Made by a program: the position numbers and the translations under genes | Notes under the pieces: model-generated | The model's input: the letters and a program-made list of their open reading frames with translations, nothing else | Databases searched by the model: none | What the model was told of the DNA's origin: nothing | In this document: in pieces, positions 62,985 to 64,000 of the stretch | Numbering within the stretch: the stretch's first letter is position 1 | How the letters are laid out: every line of letters starts with the position of its first letter | From: Mobula hypostoma | Taxonomy: Eukaryota | NCBI RefSeq assembly: GCF_963921235.1 | Contig: NC_086108.1 | Location: 64,854,001-64,918,000 of the forward strand | Length of the DNA stretch: 64,000 nt | Direction of reading: 5' to 3'

Positions 62985-64000
62985 AGGCAGAAGGCAGAGG
63001 GTGGTGGTGGAGGGAGTACATTCAGATTGGAGGATTGTGACTAGTGGTGTCCCACAAGGATCTGTTCTGGAACCCGTACTTTTCGTGATTTTTATTAACG
63101 ACCTGGATGTGGGGGTAGAAGGGTGGGTTGGCAAGTTTGCAGACAACACAAGGGTTGGTGGTGTTGTAGATAGTGTAGAGGATTGTCAAAGATTGCAGAG
63201 AGACATTGATAGGATGCAGAAGTGGGCTAGGAAGTGGCAGATGGAGTTCAACCCGGAGAAGTGTGAGGCGGTACACTTTCAAAGGACAAACTCCAAGGCA
63301 GAGTACAAAGTAAATGGCAGGATACTTGGTAGTGTGGAGGAGCAGAGGGATCTCGGGGTACATGTCCACAGATCCCTGAAAGTTGCCTCACAGGTGGATA
63401 GGGTAGTTAAGAAAGCTTATGGGGTGTTAGCTTTCATAAGTCGAGGGATAGAGTTTAAGAGTCACGTTGTAATGATGCAGCTCTATAAAACTCTGGTTAG
63501 GCCACACTTGGAGTACTGTGTCCAGTTCTGGTCACCTCACTATAGGAAGGATGTGGAAGCATTGGAAAGGGTACAGAGGAGATTTACCAGGATGCTGCCT
63601 GGTTTAGAAAGTATGCATTATGATCAGAGATTAAGGGAGCTAGGGCTTTACTCTTTGGAGAGAAGGAGGATGAGAGGAGACATGATAGAGGTGTACAAGA
63701 TAATAAGAGGAATAGATAGAGTGGATAGCCAGCGCCTCTTCTCCAGGGCACCACTGCTCAATACAAGAGGACATGGCTTTAAGGTAAGGGGTGGGAAGTT
63801 CAAGGGGGATATTAGAGGAAGGTTTTTTACTCAGAGAGTGGTTGGTGCATGGAATGCACTGCCTGAGTCAGTGGTGGAGGCAGATACACTAGTGAAGTTT
63901 AAGAGACTACTAGACAGGTATATGGAGGAATCTAAGGTGGGGGCTTATATGGGAGGCAGGGTTTGAGGGACGGCACAACATTGTGGACCGAAGGGCCTGT
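62985..64000 (+). mobile_element. Young 5'-truncated CR1; RT C-terminal ORF 63001-63966 is uninterrupted
   Basis: 321 aa with no stops (SGVPQGSVL, KFADNT, RPHLEYCVQFWSP); runs to the window edge. Confidence 0.92.

Overview
Eukaryotic, intron-dominated window from a cartilaginous fish. The repeat families suggest a shark or ray, probably a batoid; this is inference. One host-gene exon is recognisable: a 75-nt + strand exon at 44175-44249 encoding (G)[24 protein letters not shown](T), matching the exon of Nuclear Factor I A (NFIA) that follows the DNA-binding domain region. I found no neighbouring NFIA exons, so the rest appears to be two long introns. Roughly half is transposon-derived: many CR1 LINEs, Rex1/Babar LINEs, Penelope-like elements (RT and GIY-YIG pieces plus terminal repeats with minimal hammerhead-ribozyme cores), an L1/Tx1 3' end, SINEs, a solo LTR, and Tc1, mariner, Tigger and hAT DNA elements. 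Almost all ORFs in the track are TE remnants or noise. Most notable are a four-level nested TE cluster (46.8-58.3 kb), the hammerhead-bearing Penelope repeats including a hairpin form, a palindromic mariner MITE, a MITE 41 nt downstream of the NFIA donor, and a candidate poison exon. I see no convincing wholly new biological system. Boundaries of old repeats are approximate and family names come from motif recognition, not database searches.
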